Of a stretch of 64,000 nt of DNA, positions 28,867-37,967 are shown piece by piece. Location of the stretch: NCBI GenBank assembly GCA_964576115.1, contig CAZNUA010000005.1, forward strand, positions 62,001-126,000, in the 5' to 3' direction. Each line of letters opens with the position of its first letter. The stretch's first letter is position 1. Both the position numbers and the translations under genes were made by a program. Under the pieces are notes generated by a model. It was not told the origin of the DNA and made no database searches. It saw only the letters and a list, made by a program, of their open reading frames with translations. The DNA comes from an uncultured Gemmatimonadota bacterium. GTDB taxonomy: Bacteria > Blakebacterota > Blakebacteria > Blakebacterales > Blakebacteraceae.

Positions 28867-30378
28867 TCAGACCGCCGGAGCGGCGGCGGCCAGAATCGTT
28901 TCCTGGGTTGCCTCACAGGCGTCGAAGAGCGCCGTCGGACGTCCCTCGCACAGAACCATGATGCGATCGCAGATCGAAAGGAGTTCGGGGAGTTCCGATG
29001 AGGTCAGCACGATCGCCATGCCCGCCCGGGTAAGCCTTGAGAGGTGCAGGTAGAGTTCGTGTTTGGCGCCGACGTCGATACCACGGGTCGGTTCGTCGAG
29101 GAGCAGAACCGCGGGATTGGTGGCCAGCCATCGGGCCAGCAGGACCTTCTGCTGGTTTCCCCCTGAAAGGGAGGTGATCGGCAGCTGCGGATCGGGAGCT
29201 GTGATCGAGAGATCGTGCAGGTACGTTTCGGCCAGCTCCTGTTCCCGGACCCGCGAGATGAAACCACCCCGGCAGAGATCGGCCAGGGCCGCCAGGGTGA
29301 GGTTGCCGATCACGCTCATGTCGGGCACCAGACCGCTGTCTTTACGGTCTTCGGTCAGCAGTCCGAAACCGGCTGCAATGGCTTCGGCGGGGGTGCGCAG
29401 ATCGAGGCACCGGCCGTTGAGCAGGACCTGGCCGGTCGTTTCCGCCCCGGCTGCCCCGAAGAGCGCCTCGAGCAGTTCGGTGCGTCCCGAACCGAGCAGG
29501 CCGGCGATCCCGAAGACCTCGCCCCGCCGCACCTCGAAACTGATCCGGTCGATCATCCGGCGCCCTGGCCGGTCGGGATCGCGGCGGGTCAGGTCCCGGA
29601 CTTCGAGGACGGTTTCGGGCTGCGGCTGCCCCGCCTTGACGAAAAACTGCTCGAAATTCCGGCCGACCATCTGCGCGATCAGCTCCTGACGGCTCACCTC
29701 GCCGGTGGCGTGCACGCCGACCGTACGCCCGTCACGCATCACCGTCACCCGGTCGCAGACCTCGAAAATTTCGCCCAGCCGGTGAGAGATATAGATAACG
29801 GTCACCCCGCGCGCACGCAGCTCGGTCACGGTGGAGAAGAGGATTTGGATTTCGGTCTCGGAAAGAGCCGAACTCGGTTCGTCCATGATGACGATCCGCG
29901 CCTGCTGGCTGAGAGCTTTGCCGATCTCCACCAGCTGCCGACGGCCGACCCGCAGCTCGCCGACCGGTCGGGTCACATCCATCCCGGCCCCCAGCCCCGC
30001 CATGATCTCTACGGCCCGGGTGTTCATTTCCGGGTAGTCGATGAAACCGGCCGGGGTGGTGGGTTCCCGGCCCAGAAAGATATTCTCGGCCAGGCTCAAC
30101 TCCCCGACCAGGTTCAATTCCTGGTAGATGATCGCGATCCCGGCCGCTTCAGCCTCGCGGGTGGAACCCAGACGCCGGGGGACGCCGTCGAGGGCGATCA
30201 TACCGTCCCAGTCGGTATGGACGCCGGCCACGATCTTCATCAAGGTCGACTTGCCGGCTCCGTTCTCGCCGACCAGGCCCATGACTTCCCCCGCTTCGAC
30301 GTCGAGTGACGCGCCGTGGAGCACGCGGATGCCGTCGAAGGCCTTGGTGATGGCCTGCATTCTGAGCCGCGGCGTCAC
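28867..30378 (-). CDS. Sugar ABC transporter ATP-binding protein (RbsA/MglA-like, two ABC domains)
   Basis: GENGAGKST, MDEPS, EDRK, LSGGNQQKV, LDEPTRGIDVGAK; GTG start overlaps the upstream TGA. Confidence 0.95.
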   Translation of the reverse strand: MTPRLRMQAITKAFDGIRVLHGASLDVEAGEVMGLVGENGAGKSTLMKIVAGVHTDWDGMIALDGVPRRLGSTREAEAAGIAIIYQELNLVGELSLAENIFLGREPTTPAGFIDYPEMNTRAVEIMAGLGAGMDVTRPVGELRVGRRQLVEIGKALSQQARIVIMDEPSSALSETEIQILFSTVTELRARGVTVIYISHRLGEIFEVCDRVTVMRDGRTVGVHATGEVSRQELIAQMVGRNFEQFFVKAGQPQPETVLEVRDLTRRDPDRPGRRMIDRISFEVRRGEVFGIAGLLGSGRTELLEALFGAAGAETTGQVLLNGRCLDLRTPAEAIAAGFGLLTEDRKDSGLVPDMSVIGNLTLAALADLCRGGFISRVREQELAETYLHDLSITAPDPQLPITSLSGGNQQKVLLARWLATNPAVLLLDEPTRGIDVGAKHELYLHLSRLTRAGMAIVLTSSELPELLSICDRIMVLCEGRPTALFDACEATQETILAAAAPAV

Positions 30379-31148
30379 AGGGTGATCCTTTCCAGAGGCG
30401 TTCTCTGCGAAGCGGTGGCCAGAGTCACGGTACCGGCCCCGGCCGCCTGCAGAGCGTCCGATACAGCTCTGCGAACCCGTCCGGGGGTGTTGTTGGTTTC
30501 GGAGAGATGGGCCAGCACGAGATGGCGGGTGCCATGTGCGGCCAGGTGAGCGGCCGCATCGGCCGCGACCGCGTTCTCGAGGTGCCCCCGGTCCGAATCG
30601 ATACGCTCCTTGACGTGGCGGGGGTAAGGTCCGGTGAGAAGCAGATCGCGGTCGTGATTGGATTCGAGTACTACCAGGTCGCAGCCCCGCAGCTGGTCCA
30701 GAATCGGTTCGGGCATCCAGCCCAGATCGGTGGCATATCCGATCCGCAGACCCTCGGCTGTTATCGTCAGTCCGACCGGTTCGGCGGCATCGTGCGGAAC
30801 CGGAAAAGTGCATATTTCGAGATCGCCGACCGCGAACGTTTCACCGGTGCGGAAAGTCTCGATGCCGACACCGTCCAGAACGGGGGCGGCGGCGCTGCGG
30901 GTAGCTTCGTTGGCTGTAACGGGGATCGGGTAGCGGCGGGTGAAGACGCCCACACCACCGATGTGATCGCGGTGCTCATGGGTCACGATGATGGCATCGA
31001 GTGCGGCGGGGTCATGCCCCCCGGCCTGGAGCCGCAGGGCGATCTGACGGGCACTCAGGCCGGCGTCGATGAGCAGTGCCGTCCGGGCGGTCCGCACCAG
31101 AGTGCTGTTCCCGCCCGAACCCGATCCAAGCGTGAAGAGTTCGAGCAT
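30375..31148 (-). CDS. MBL-fold metallohydrolase, YycJ/WalJ-like
   Basis: SGSGGN, IDAG, THEHRDH, PHDA, TDLG, LESNHD, GHL, LAHLSETNN. Confidence 0.9.
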   Translation of the reverse strand: MLELFTLGSGSGGNSTLVRTARTALLIDAGLSARQIALRLQAGGHDPAALDAIIVTHEHRDHIGGVGVFTRRYPIPVTANEATRSAAAPVLDGVGIETFRTGETFAVGDLEICTFPVPHDAAEPVGLTITAEGLRIGYATDLGWMPEPILDQLRGCDLVVLESNHDRDLLLTGPYPRHVKERIDSDRGHLENAVAADAAAHLAAHGTRHLVLAHLSETNNTPGRVRRAVSDALQAAGAGTVTLATASQRTPLERITL

Positions 31149-31294
31149 GATCGTTGCAATCTAACAGAGGCGCCTGTCACCGAACAGACACCATCGCCGA
31201 CCACCGCGTTATCGCCTGTACAGATCGAGTGGGCCGGGGATACAGTTCGGTGACGTTGGATTTCGTCCACCAGCGTTTGAGAGGGAGATACACG

Positions 31295-32266
31295 ATGTCT
31301 GCAACACGCCGTGCCCTGCCGCTCCTGATCTCGGGAATCATTGCACTCGGAACGCTCGGTACCGGTTGCGGTGAATCGGGAATCGAGGTGATCGACCGGT
31401 CGATCGATCTGCCGGGAACGGTTCTCTACGCGACCGACCGCGACGGATCATGGAACATTTATATGAGCAACTTCAACTCCACCCAGTATCTCTCACTCAC
31501 CGGCAGCATACCCGGGCCTCAGAAAGAACCCTGCTGGGATCCCGATGGAGAAGCGATATACTTCGCGACTGAAGTGAGCAACCAGTGGCACATCGCGACG
31601 ATCACCGATGTCGACAATGCCGGTGCCACCTATGCGGTTCTGACCGATACAACCGGTCAGCAGACCTATCCGGTCGTAAACGGCGACGGCACCCGGCTGG
31701 TCTTCCTCAACATGCTTCCGACCGGGGAGGTTCCCGATCTCTGGATCATGGACCTGACGACCGGAGCGTACACGTATCTGACCTCCGGTCTGAATATTCA
31801 TGACATGGAGTTCGTTCCGGGTTCGAGCGACCTGGTCGTGCTCGACGGTAACCACCTCAAGGTAGTCGACACCACCACCGGGAACGTGAACCAGTATATC
31901 TTTGACTCCGAAGTGGCGGCGGCTTTCCGGCATGCTTCCTTTTCCTTCGGTACCGGGACCGAGATCTGGTGTTCCGGTCTTGAACTGAACCGTGATGTGT
32001 ATACTCTCGGGCTGTTTGATTACAACGGGGTCGCCGAGATAGAACGGATGACGGATGGGGGGGACGAGACGCTGACCAACTTCTGGAAGGACATATCTTG
32101 TTTCCAGATAGAGGGTGAAGATTATCTTCTGATTACTTCCTCGACAGGATTCACGAACCGGGTCGGAGTGGTGAAAGTCGATCTGGAACAGTACATGACC
32201 CTGTACATGAGACAGATGCAGGGCGACAACCGCTGGCCCGACTGGACCGCCGTCGAGCATTTCTGA
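31295..32266 (+). CDS. TolB-like (PD40) beta-propeller lipoprotein
   Basis: Lipobox LGTGC; TDRDGSWNIY, PCWDPDG, PVVNGDG, PDWT repeats. Confidence 0.7.
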   Translation: MSATRRALPLLISGIIALGTLGTGCGESGIEVIDRSIDLPGTVLYATDRDGSWNIYMSNFNSTQYLSLTGSIPGPQKEPCWDPDGEAIYFATEVSNQWHIATITDVDNAGATYAVLTDTTGQQTYPVVNGDGTRLVFLNMLPTGEVPDLWIMDLTTGAYTYLTSGLNIHDMEFVPGSSDLVVLDGNHLKVVDTTTGNVNQYIFDSEVAAAFRHASFSFGTGTEIWCSGLELNRDVYTLGLFDYNGVAEIERMTDGGDETLTNFWKDISCFQIEGEDYLLITSSTGFTNRVGVVKVDLEQYMTLYMRQMQGDNRWPDWTAVEHF

Positions 32267-32290
32267 ACCACCATCAGGGAACGACAAGAC

Positions 32291-32324
32291 AAGAGCCCCG
32301 GCGCGCGAGCGCGCCGGGGCTCTT
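32291..32324. terminator. Probable bidirectional intrinsic terminator
   Basis: Perfect 16-bp inverted repeat AAGAGCCCCGGCGCGC-GA-GCGCGCCGGGGCTCTT between convergent genes. Confidence 0.8.
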
Positions 32325-32361
32325 CTGCGACAGCCGTCCGACCGCCGGTTGACCAGGAGAA

Positions 32362-33297
32362 TTACCGTTTCTCGAGTGTCACATCGCCGCTGAAGGCCTT
32401 GATCCGCACCCGCGCCTCGGCGTTGCCGGTCTGGAACGAGAGAATCCGTCCGGGCATGTAGCGGCTGCGCCGTTCCGACTGCTGACCGAATTCGTTCTCG
32501 ATACGCCCCGAGAAAGTGGTGATGTCGAAGTCGGCCGAAACGTCGGCGGGCAGGATCAGGGTCACGCTCCCGCTGTGAATCTCGACCTCGACGACGGCCT
32601 GAGGGCTGAGATCGCCCTCGAAGATGACGGTGCCCGACAGGGCGCTCAGGTACGCTTCCTCGATGGACCGGCCGGTGATACGGATGTCACCGGAGATGGT
32701 GTTGGCCTCCACCTCGCCGGTGACTTCGCGTATGATGATGTGCCCGCTGACCGATTCGGCCCGCACCGGCCCCCCGCTGCCCCTGATCTCGATATCACCG
32801 CTGATCGTCTTGGCTCCGATACGCTCGGGTTCGCCGCCGATCTCGACTGTGCCGCTCACCGTCTCGAGTCGAAGCGCGCCGTCGACCGTATCGCTCCAGA
32901 TGTCGGCGCTGACGGTGTTGGCCTCGAGCCGGGAACCGTGCGGGATCCGGATCTCGAGATTAGAACCCTCGACCCGTCGGATACCCCGCTCGCGACGCTC
33001 GCGCTCGTCGTAGATTTCGACCCTGATGACGGTTTCATTGCCGGTGACCTCGAACTCGAGATTCTTGGTCCCCTCGCCCAGGGTACCCTCGATGGCCACT
33101 TCGCTGCGGTTCCAGCCGGTGACCTTGACCGAACCGGCCAGATTGTAAATGTCCACGGTACCGGTCGCGGCGGCGGGTTTGCTTTCGCGAACCCGCTGCT
33201 GGGCGCTGGCCGCGGGTGCGCTGGCGACGCTCAGAAGCAGGGCCAGTCCCGCCAGGCAGCCGATCATTTTCCAGGCTGATGTGTGAGTGCTGTTCAT
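32362..33297 (-). CDS. DUF4097 family beta-strand repeat (putative adhesin-like) secreted protein
   Basis: Signal peptide (ASA-QQ); repeated T(V/I)SG(D/T)(I/V) motifs; ends FSGDVTLEKR. Confidence 0.85.
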   Translation of the reverse strand: MNSTHTSAWKMIGCLAGLALLLSVASAPAASAQQRVRESKPAAATGTVDIYNLAGSVKVTGWNRSEVAIEGTLGEGTKNLEFEVTGNETVIRVEIYDERERRERGIRRVEGSNLEIRIPHGSRLEANTVSADIWSDTVDGALRLETVSGTVEIGGEPERIGAKTISGDIEIRGSGGPVRAESVSGHIIIREVTGEVEANTISGDIRITGRSIEEAYLSALSGTVIFEGDLSPQAVVEVEIHSGSVTLILPADVSADFDITTFSGRIENEFGQQSERRSRYMPGRILSFQTGNAEARVRIKAFSGDVTLEKR

Positions 33298-33311
33298 GAC
33301 GCTCCCCCCTG

Positions 33312-33980
33312 TCAGTAAAGTCCGGTCAACCGGGCAGTCTGTCCCAGCAGGGCCAGCTTCTGTTTCCAGGCCGCTGCCAGCATCGACTGCAATTCAACGT
33401 CGGACGGATATTTCTGTAAAACGGTGCGCGATTCGGTAATGGCCTGATCGACGAGTGTCAGGTGATCCTCGAGCACGATCAGAGTGCTTTCGGGCAGGCT
33501 CAGGCGGACCTCGGCCGTTGAGTACAGCAGGTCTTCGGTCGCACCGATGTATTGCTGTTCCATCGCTGCGGTTGTGATCATCCCGATAGTCTGCTCGCCG
33601 CCGTACTGTCCGGGTTCGGCCCGGCGGCCCCCCGGTCCGCTCAGCAGAGTCAGGGTGCCCAGCATGATGACGAGCAGGGCAGCGGCGGCTGCCAGCGGGT
33701 GGGCGAGCAGGACCTGACTCCAGCCCCGGAAGCGCCGTTGGTGCGTTTCGGTTTCCGCTGTCTGCTCCATCCGGGCGGCGATCTGCGGCCAGAGATCGCG
33801 CCGGGGGGCGATCCCCTCGGGCAGGGCCGCGACCGCCTGGACCAGATCGGCCCGTGCCTGGGCTTCACGCCGGCAGCGCCCGCAGCGGGCCAGGTGCTCT
33901 TCGAAAGCCGCCAGCCGGTCGGCTTCGAGCTTCCCCTCGAGCCAGACCTCGAGAAGGTCTCGGCACATCGAGCACCTCAT
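33312..33980 (-). CDS. Zinc-finger (zf-HC2) membrane anti-sigma factor
   Basis: EEHLARCGRC (HxxxCxxC), one TM helix, helical periplasmic tail; ATGA overlap with the sigma gene. Confidence 0.85.
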   Translation of the reverse strand: MRCSMCRDLLEVWLEGKLEADRLAAFEEHLARCGRCRREAQARADLVQAVAALPEGIAPRRDLWPQIAARMEQTAETETHQRRFRGWSQVLLAHPLAAAAALLVIMLGTLTLLSGPGGRRAEPGQYGGEQTIGMITTAAMEQQYIGATEDLLYSTAEVRLSLPESTLIVLEDHLTLVDQAITESRTVLQKYPSDVELQSMLAAAWKQKLALLGQTARLTGLY

Positions 33981-34576
33981 CGGTCGAGAACCTTTCTGAG
34001 CAAGGCCCGGGCTCGGTGCAACTGAGCTTTCGAGGTCCCTGTACTGGTTGACATCATCTCGGCGATCTCCTCGTGTCGATATCCCTCGACATCGTGCAGG
34101 ACGAACACCATCCGGGCTCGTTCGGGCAGGGCGGCGATGGCCCGCTCCAGGTCGATGGCCGCCTCGCTCGCCCGTGGCTGAACCCATCCGTTGAGGGCTT
34201 CGTCGGCGTCGGTGTTCGCGATCCAGCGGCGGCGCCGTTTCGAAGCTCGGCGATCCTGCCAGACCGTGTTCACCGTCAGCCGATACAGCCAGGTACTGAA
34301 AGCCGCTTCGCGGCGGAAGCCGGTCAGCTTTCGCCAGGCCTGAACGAAAGTGTCCTGGGTAAGCCGTTCCGCTTCCGCGACATCGGCCGTGAGTCTGAGA
34401 CAGAGCGCGTAGACCCGTTCCACATGGGTCCGATAGAGAAGTTCGAAGGCCATCTGATCGCCTTCCTGCGCCCGTTCGACGAGCCGGTGCACATCCCCCT
34501 CGGGAACCGCTGCACGATCGATCTGCGCCGCGTCGTCGGGGGGCGGCACCGTCTTCTCTTTTTTCTGTTCGTCCAT
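33977..34576 (-). CDS. ECF RNA polymerase sigma-70 factor
   Basis: Region 2 AERLTQDTF..FSTWLYRL; region 4 LPERARMVFVLHDVEGYRHEEIA..GTSKAQLHRAR. The start may be further downstream. Confidence 0.95.
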   Translation of the reverse strand: MDEQKKEKTVPPPDDAAQIDRAAVPEGDVHRLVERAQEGDQMAFELLYRTHVERVYALCLRLTADVAEAERLTQDTFVQAWRKLTGFRREAAFSTWLYRLTVNTVWQDRRASKRRRRWIANTDADEALNGWVQPRASEAAIDLERAIAALPERARMVFVLHDVEGYRHEEIAEMMSTSTGTSKAQLHRARALLRKVLDR

Positions 34577-34577
34577 T

Positions 34578-34606
34578 TAGATGCCGGTAAACTCCTGAGG
34601 GTTGTA
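34578..34606 (-). promoter_or_regulatory. Candidate ECF-type autoregulatory promoter
   Basis: Minus strand reads TACAAC-N17-CATCTA directly upstream of the ECF gene, matching the AAC / C(G/A)TC pattern of ECF promoters. Confidence 0.45.
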
Positions 34607-34656
34607 TCAGGTATACGCTTTTTGGGAAGTATGAGACAGGTGAAAGAAGGAGTGCC

Positions 34657-35928
34657 ATGGGAGCAGTCGGTTACCGGTATGCAGGCGGGAGAATACGGGC
34701 CCGTCGGACAGGGACGATCCGGAACGTTCGGCTGGCGATGGGGGTCATTCTGACCGGGATGGTGGCGGCTGGGTGCGCGGACCGGTCACCTGCTTCAGAA
34801 CCGGTCGTCGAGACCCTGCCCTCGGGTGTGCGGCGGGTCAGCTACGCCCGTCTGCCCGAGCGGGCCATGACGGTGGCCGAGATCGCTCGCTGGGACCTCT
34901 GGGGCGAGACCGGGGAATATCTCTTCAACAGTCCGATCGATGTCGCCGGCGGTCCGACCTCTTTTTTTCTGCTCGATACCGGCAACCGGCAGGTGGTGGA
35001 ACTCTCTCCGGCGGGCGACGTACGCCGGGTCTTCGGCCGGGAGGGATCGGGTCCGGGGGAGCTTCGCAGCCCCCTCCATCTGGCTCGGACCGGCGATCGG
35101 CTCTGGATCAGCGATGTCGGGAACCGCCGTTTCTCGATATACGGCCTCGATGGCGCCTATATCGATGACACTCCCTGGCCGGGCGCAAGCCGGCTGGTGG
35201 GGACCTTCAGGGTCACCTCGACGGGCGATATCCTCCACGGCGGTCAGTGGCCGCTGACCAGAGCCCAGCTTGCCGAGCAGGATCCGCTCTTCTACCTGGC
35301 CCTCTTTCCCGGCCCGGGGCGGTGGGAGCAGGGCGCGCCGGTGCACCTCGATACCGTGGCGACAATGCACGGAGCCCGCTGGATCGAATATACGATCCGC
35401 TCCCGGGAGGGGGCCGAAAGATACTGGGGTGGGGCGCCGATCTTCAGTCCCCGGTTCCACTGGGCCGCAGACGAGGAGACGATCGTCACTGTCACGGGGG
35501 CCGGATATCGGTTCGAGGTGCGCGATGTGAGCGGTCGGATCCGGCTCGAGGTCGTCGGCCCCGACGAACCGATACCGGTCACCGAAGCCTGGCGCCGGTT
35601 CTACTTCGACGTCATCGCCCCCCGCGAACTGGGCCGCACCGAACCCTTTACCCTGACGTCAGACTCCCGGGCCCGCTTCGAATTCGCCGACCGGGTACCC
35701 GCCCTGGAGGGCATTGCTCTCGATCCGCAGGGGCGGATCTGGATCGCGGTCACCGCCGCTGAAGCGGGCGGTTATGATCTCGATCTCTTCGGCCCCGAGG
35801 GAGGCTACCGGGGCCGGATTGCGGGACAGGGTCTGCCCGCGGCCTTCACCGGCGACGGCCACGTTCTCTTCCGCCAGGTGCAGGCCGACGGGAATGATCT
35901 CTGGTGGGTGGGGCTGGTGGGGAACTGA
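34657..35928 (+). CDS. 6-bladed (NHL-like) beta-propeller lipoprotein
   Basis: Lipobox VAAGC; LLDTGNRQV, FGREGSGPGEL, ISDVGNRRF, DPQGRIWI. Confidence 0.75.
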   Translation: MGAVGYRYAGGRIRARRTGTIRNVRLAMGVILTGMVAAGCADRSPASEPVVETLPSGVRRVSYARLPERAMTVAEIARWDLWGETGEYLFNSPIDVAGGPTSFFLLDTGNRQVVELSPAGDVRRVFGREGSGPGELRSPLHLARTGDRLWISDVGNRRFSIYGLDGAYIDDTPWPGASRLVGTFRVTSTGDILHGGQWPLTRAQLAEQDPLFYLALFPGPGRWEQGAPVHLDTVATMHGARWIEYTIRSREGAERYWGGAPIFSPRFHWAADEETIVTVTGAGYRFEVRDVSGRIRLEVVGPDEPIPVTEAWRRFYFDVIAPRELGRTEPFTLTSDSRARFEFADRVPALEGIALDPQGRIWIAVTAAEAGGYDLDLFGPEGGYRGRIAGQGLPAAFTGDGHVLFRQVQADGNDLWWVGLVGN

Positions 35929-35995
35929 ATCCGCCGTCGGCCGGATAGCAGTGCAGCCGCAGCCGGGGGCTCACTCTGACAGGCTTCCGGACGGC

Positions 35996-36604
35996 TCAGG
36001 TCAGCGGGCGGGACTCGCCCCAGCGGCCGGTGAAGACCAGCTCGGCCAGCGGATGACGGCTGCGTTCGGACTTCAGGCGGGCGGTGACGCCCTCGGGGGC
36101 GTTTTCGGGCTCGTCCTCGTACCCTGCGGCGAGCATCGCGACCGGCTCCCACTCCTCGGGAATGACGAACAGCTCCCGCGCCCGCTCGGGGCTGAAGCCA
36201 CCCATGGGGTGCACCGCCAGACCTGCTGCTGCGGCCTGAATACTGAGGTTGCCGGTTGCCAGACCGACATCGTGCCAGGCGTGACGGTTTACCTCGCCGG
36301 TCAGGTCGTAGGTCGTTTTCGCCATCGTCAGGACGAGGAAGGCGGCATGACGGGCCCACAGAGCGTTCCCCTCGGCCAGGCAGGTCACCAGATCCTCGAA
36401 CGTCTCGTCTTCTCCGCGAACTCCGACGATGAAGCGCCACGGCTGTTCGTTAAAACTCGAGGCCGCCCAGCGGGCGGCTTCGAACAGGGTCGCGATTTTC
36501 TCCGCCTCGACCGGGCGGTCGGCGAAAACCGTCGGGCTCCAGCGATCCCGGATCGGCTGGTGAATATCGCTGCGGATACTTCCGTTCATCTCGGTCACGA
36601 TCAA
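35996..36604 (-). CDS. Nitroreductase family protein
   Basis: RWSPTVF, AARWAASSFNEQPWRF, HDVGLA, HPMGGF. Confidence 0.92.
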   Translation of the reverse strand: MIVTEMNGSIRSDIHQPIRDRWSPTVFADRPVEAEKIATLFEAARWAASSFNEQPWRFIVGVRGEDETFEDLVTCLAEGNALWARHAAFLVLTMAKTTYDLTGEVNRHAWHDVGLATGNLSIQAAAAGLAVHPMGGFSPERARELFVIPEEWEPVAMLAAGYEDEPENAPEGVTARLKSERSRHPLAELVFTGRWGESRPLT

Positions 36605-36842
36605 CCCTCCTCCTCAATCCCGTCGCGGGACGGCTCGCTTCGAGTCATGGGTTCCCGACAAGAACGGTCCGCCGGCGCCCGAACTCAAGGCCCCAGACAG
36701 GAGCGGCCTTCCGGTCTGCAGCGGCCGGTTTCAATTTGACGTGATATCGGTCGCAGATTCGGGCATCCTGTAAGCGGGATTATTGCAGCGTCCGAGCTTT
36801 CACCGCGAGCAGCTGCCGTCCGGTACGGCCGAGGAGCCCGCC

Positions 36843-37967
36843 ATGCTCACACTCGAGGCCATCACTCTGCGCGAGATCGGTCTGGAACTCGTCGAACCCT
36901 TCCGGATCTCGTCGGGGGAAACCAGCCGCCGGCGCATTCTGCTTCTCGAACTGCGCGACACCGACGGCGTGGTCGTCTGGTCCGAATGCGTGGCCGGGGA
37001 GAGGCCCAACTACTCGCCGGAGACCATCGATACCGCCTGGCTCGTGATCCGTGACCACCTTGCGCCCCGGATTCTCGGCTTCGAACTGGCTTCTGCGGCC
37101 GAGGCCCACGTCCGTCTCGGTACGGATATCCGCGGTCACCGCATGGCGCGGGCGGCGGTGGAGATGGGGCTGTGGTGCCTCGAGGCCGAGCGGCGCCAGA
37201 TACCGCTGGCCCGCCTGCTCGGGGCCGAGCGCGAGCGGGTGGCGGCGGGGATCTCGATCGGGATCCAGGCCTCGCCGGCCGAACTGGCCGAGAAGGTGAC
37301 CGCAGCTTTCGAACGGGGCTACCGGAAGGTCAAGATGAAGATCGAGCCCGGTCGCGACCGGGCTTTCGTGGAAGCCGTGCGCGGGCGGTGCGGAACCGAC
37401 GCCCCCCTCATGGTCGACGCCAACAACGCCTATACCCTCGACGATCTGCCCCTGCTGAGGGCCCTGGATACCTTCGCGCTGATGATGATCGAGCAGCCGC
37501 TGGCCTGGGACGACATTGTCCAGCATGCCGCCCTGCAGGCCGAACTCGCCACCCCGATCTGCCTCGACGAGTCGATTACCGGTCCCGACCGGGTGCGCGA
37601 CATGATTGCGCTCCGTAGCGGCCGGATCGTGAATATCAAGCCGGGCCGGGTGGGGGGATTCGCCTCCTCGCTGGCCATCCACACCCTCTGTCGCGAAGCC
37701 GGGATACCGGTCTGGTGCGGCGGAATGCTCGAGAGCGGGGTGGGTCGCGGTTACAATGTGGCGCTGGCATCCCTGCCGGGATTCACCCTGCCCGGTGACA
37801 TCTCGCCCAGCGAGCGCTACTGGGCCCGGGATATCGTGGATCCACCCTGGACGATGGACGTCGAGGGATGGCTCGACGTACCGCTCGAAGCGAGCGGGCT
37901 GGGAGTGGCGGTCGATAGCGACCGGATAGAGGCCCTGACCGTCCGCCGGGAAACGCTGCGGTCATGA
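36843..37967 (+). CDS. menC: o-succinylbenzoate synthase / N-acylamino acid racemase (enolase superfamily)
   Basis: KxK (KMKI), metal ligands DAN/EQP/DES, NIKPGRVGG, WCGGMLESG; ATG follows GAGGAG. Confidence 0.85.
   Translation: MLTLEAITLREIGLELVEPFRISSGETSRRRILLLELRDTDGVVVWSECVAGERPNYSPETIDTAWLVIRDHLAPRILGFELASAAEAHVRLGTDIRGHRMARAAVEMGLWCLEAERRQIPLARLLGAERERVAAGISIGIQASPAELAEKVTAAFERGYRKVKMKIEPGRDRAFVEAVRGRCGTDAPLMVDANNAYTLDDLPLLRALDTFALMMIEQPLAWDDIVQHAALQAELATPICLDESITGPDRVRDMIALRSGRIVNIKPGRVGGFASSLAIHTLCREAGIPVWCGGMLESGVGRGYNVALASLPGFTLPGDISPSERYWARDIVDPPWTMDVEGWLDVPLEASGLGVAVDSDRIEALTVRRETLRS

Noticed and set aside
36605..36842. Possible cobalamin riboswitch upstream of the menC/BtuF-like genes
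   Set aside because: No B12-box or GCCACTG/GGGAAG core motifs found
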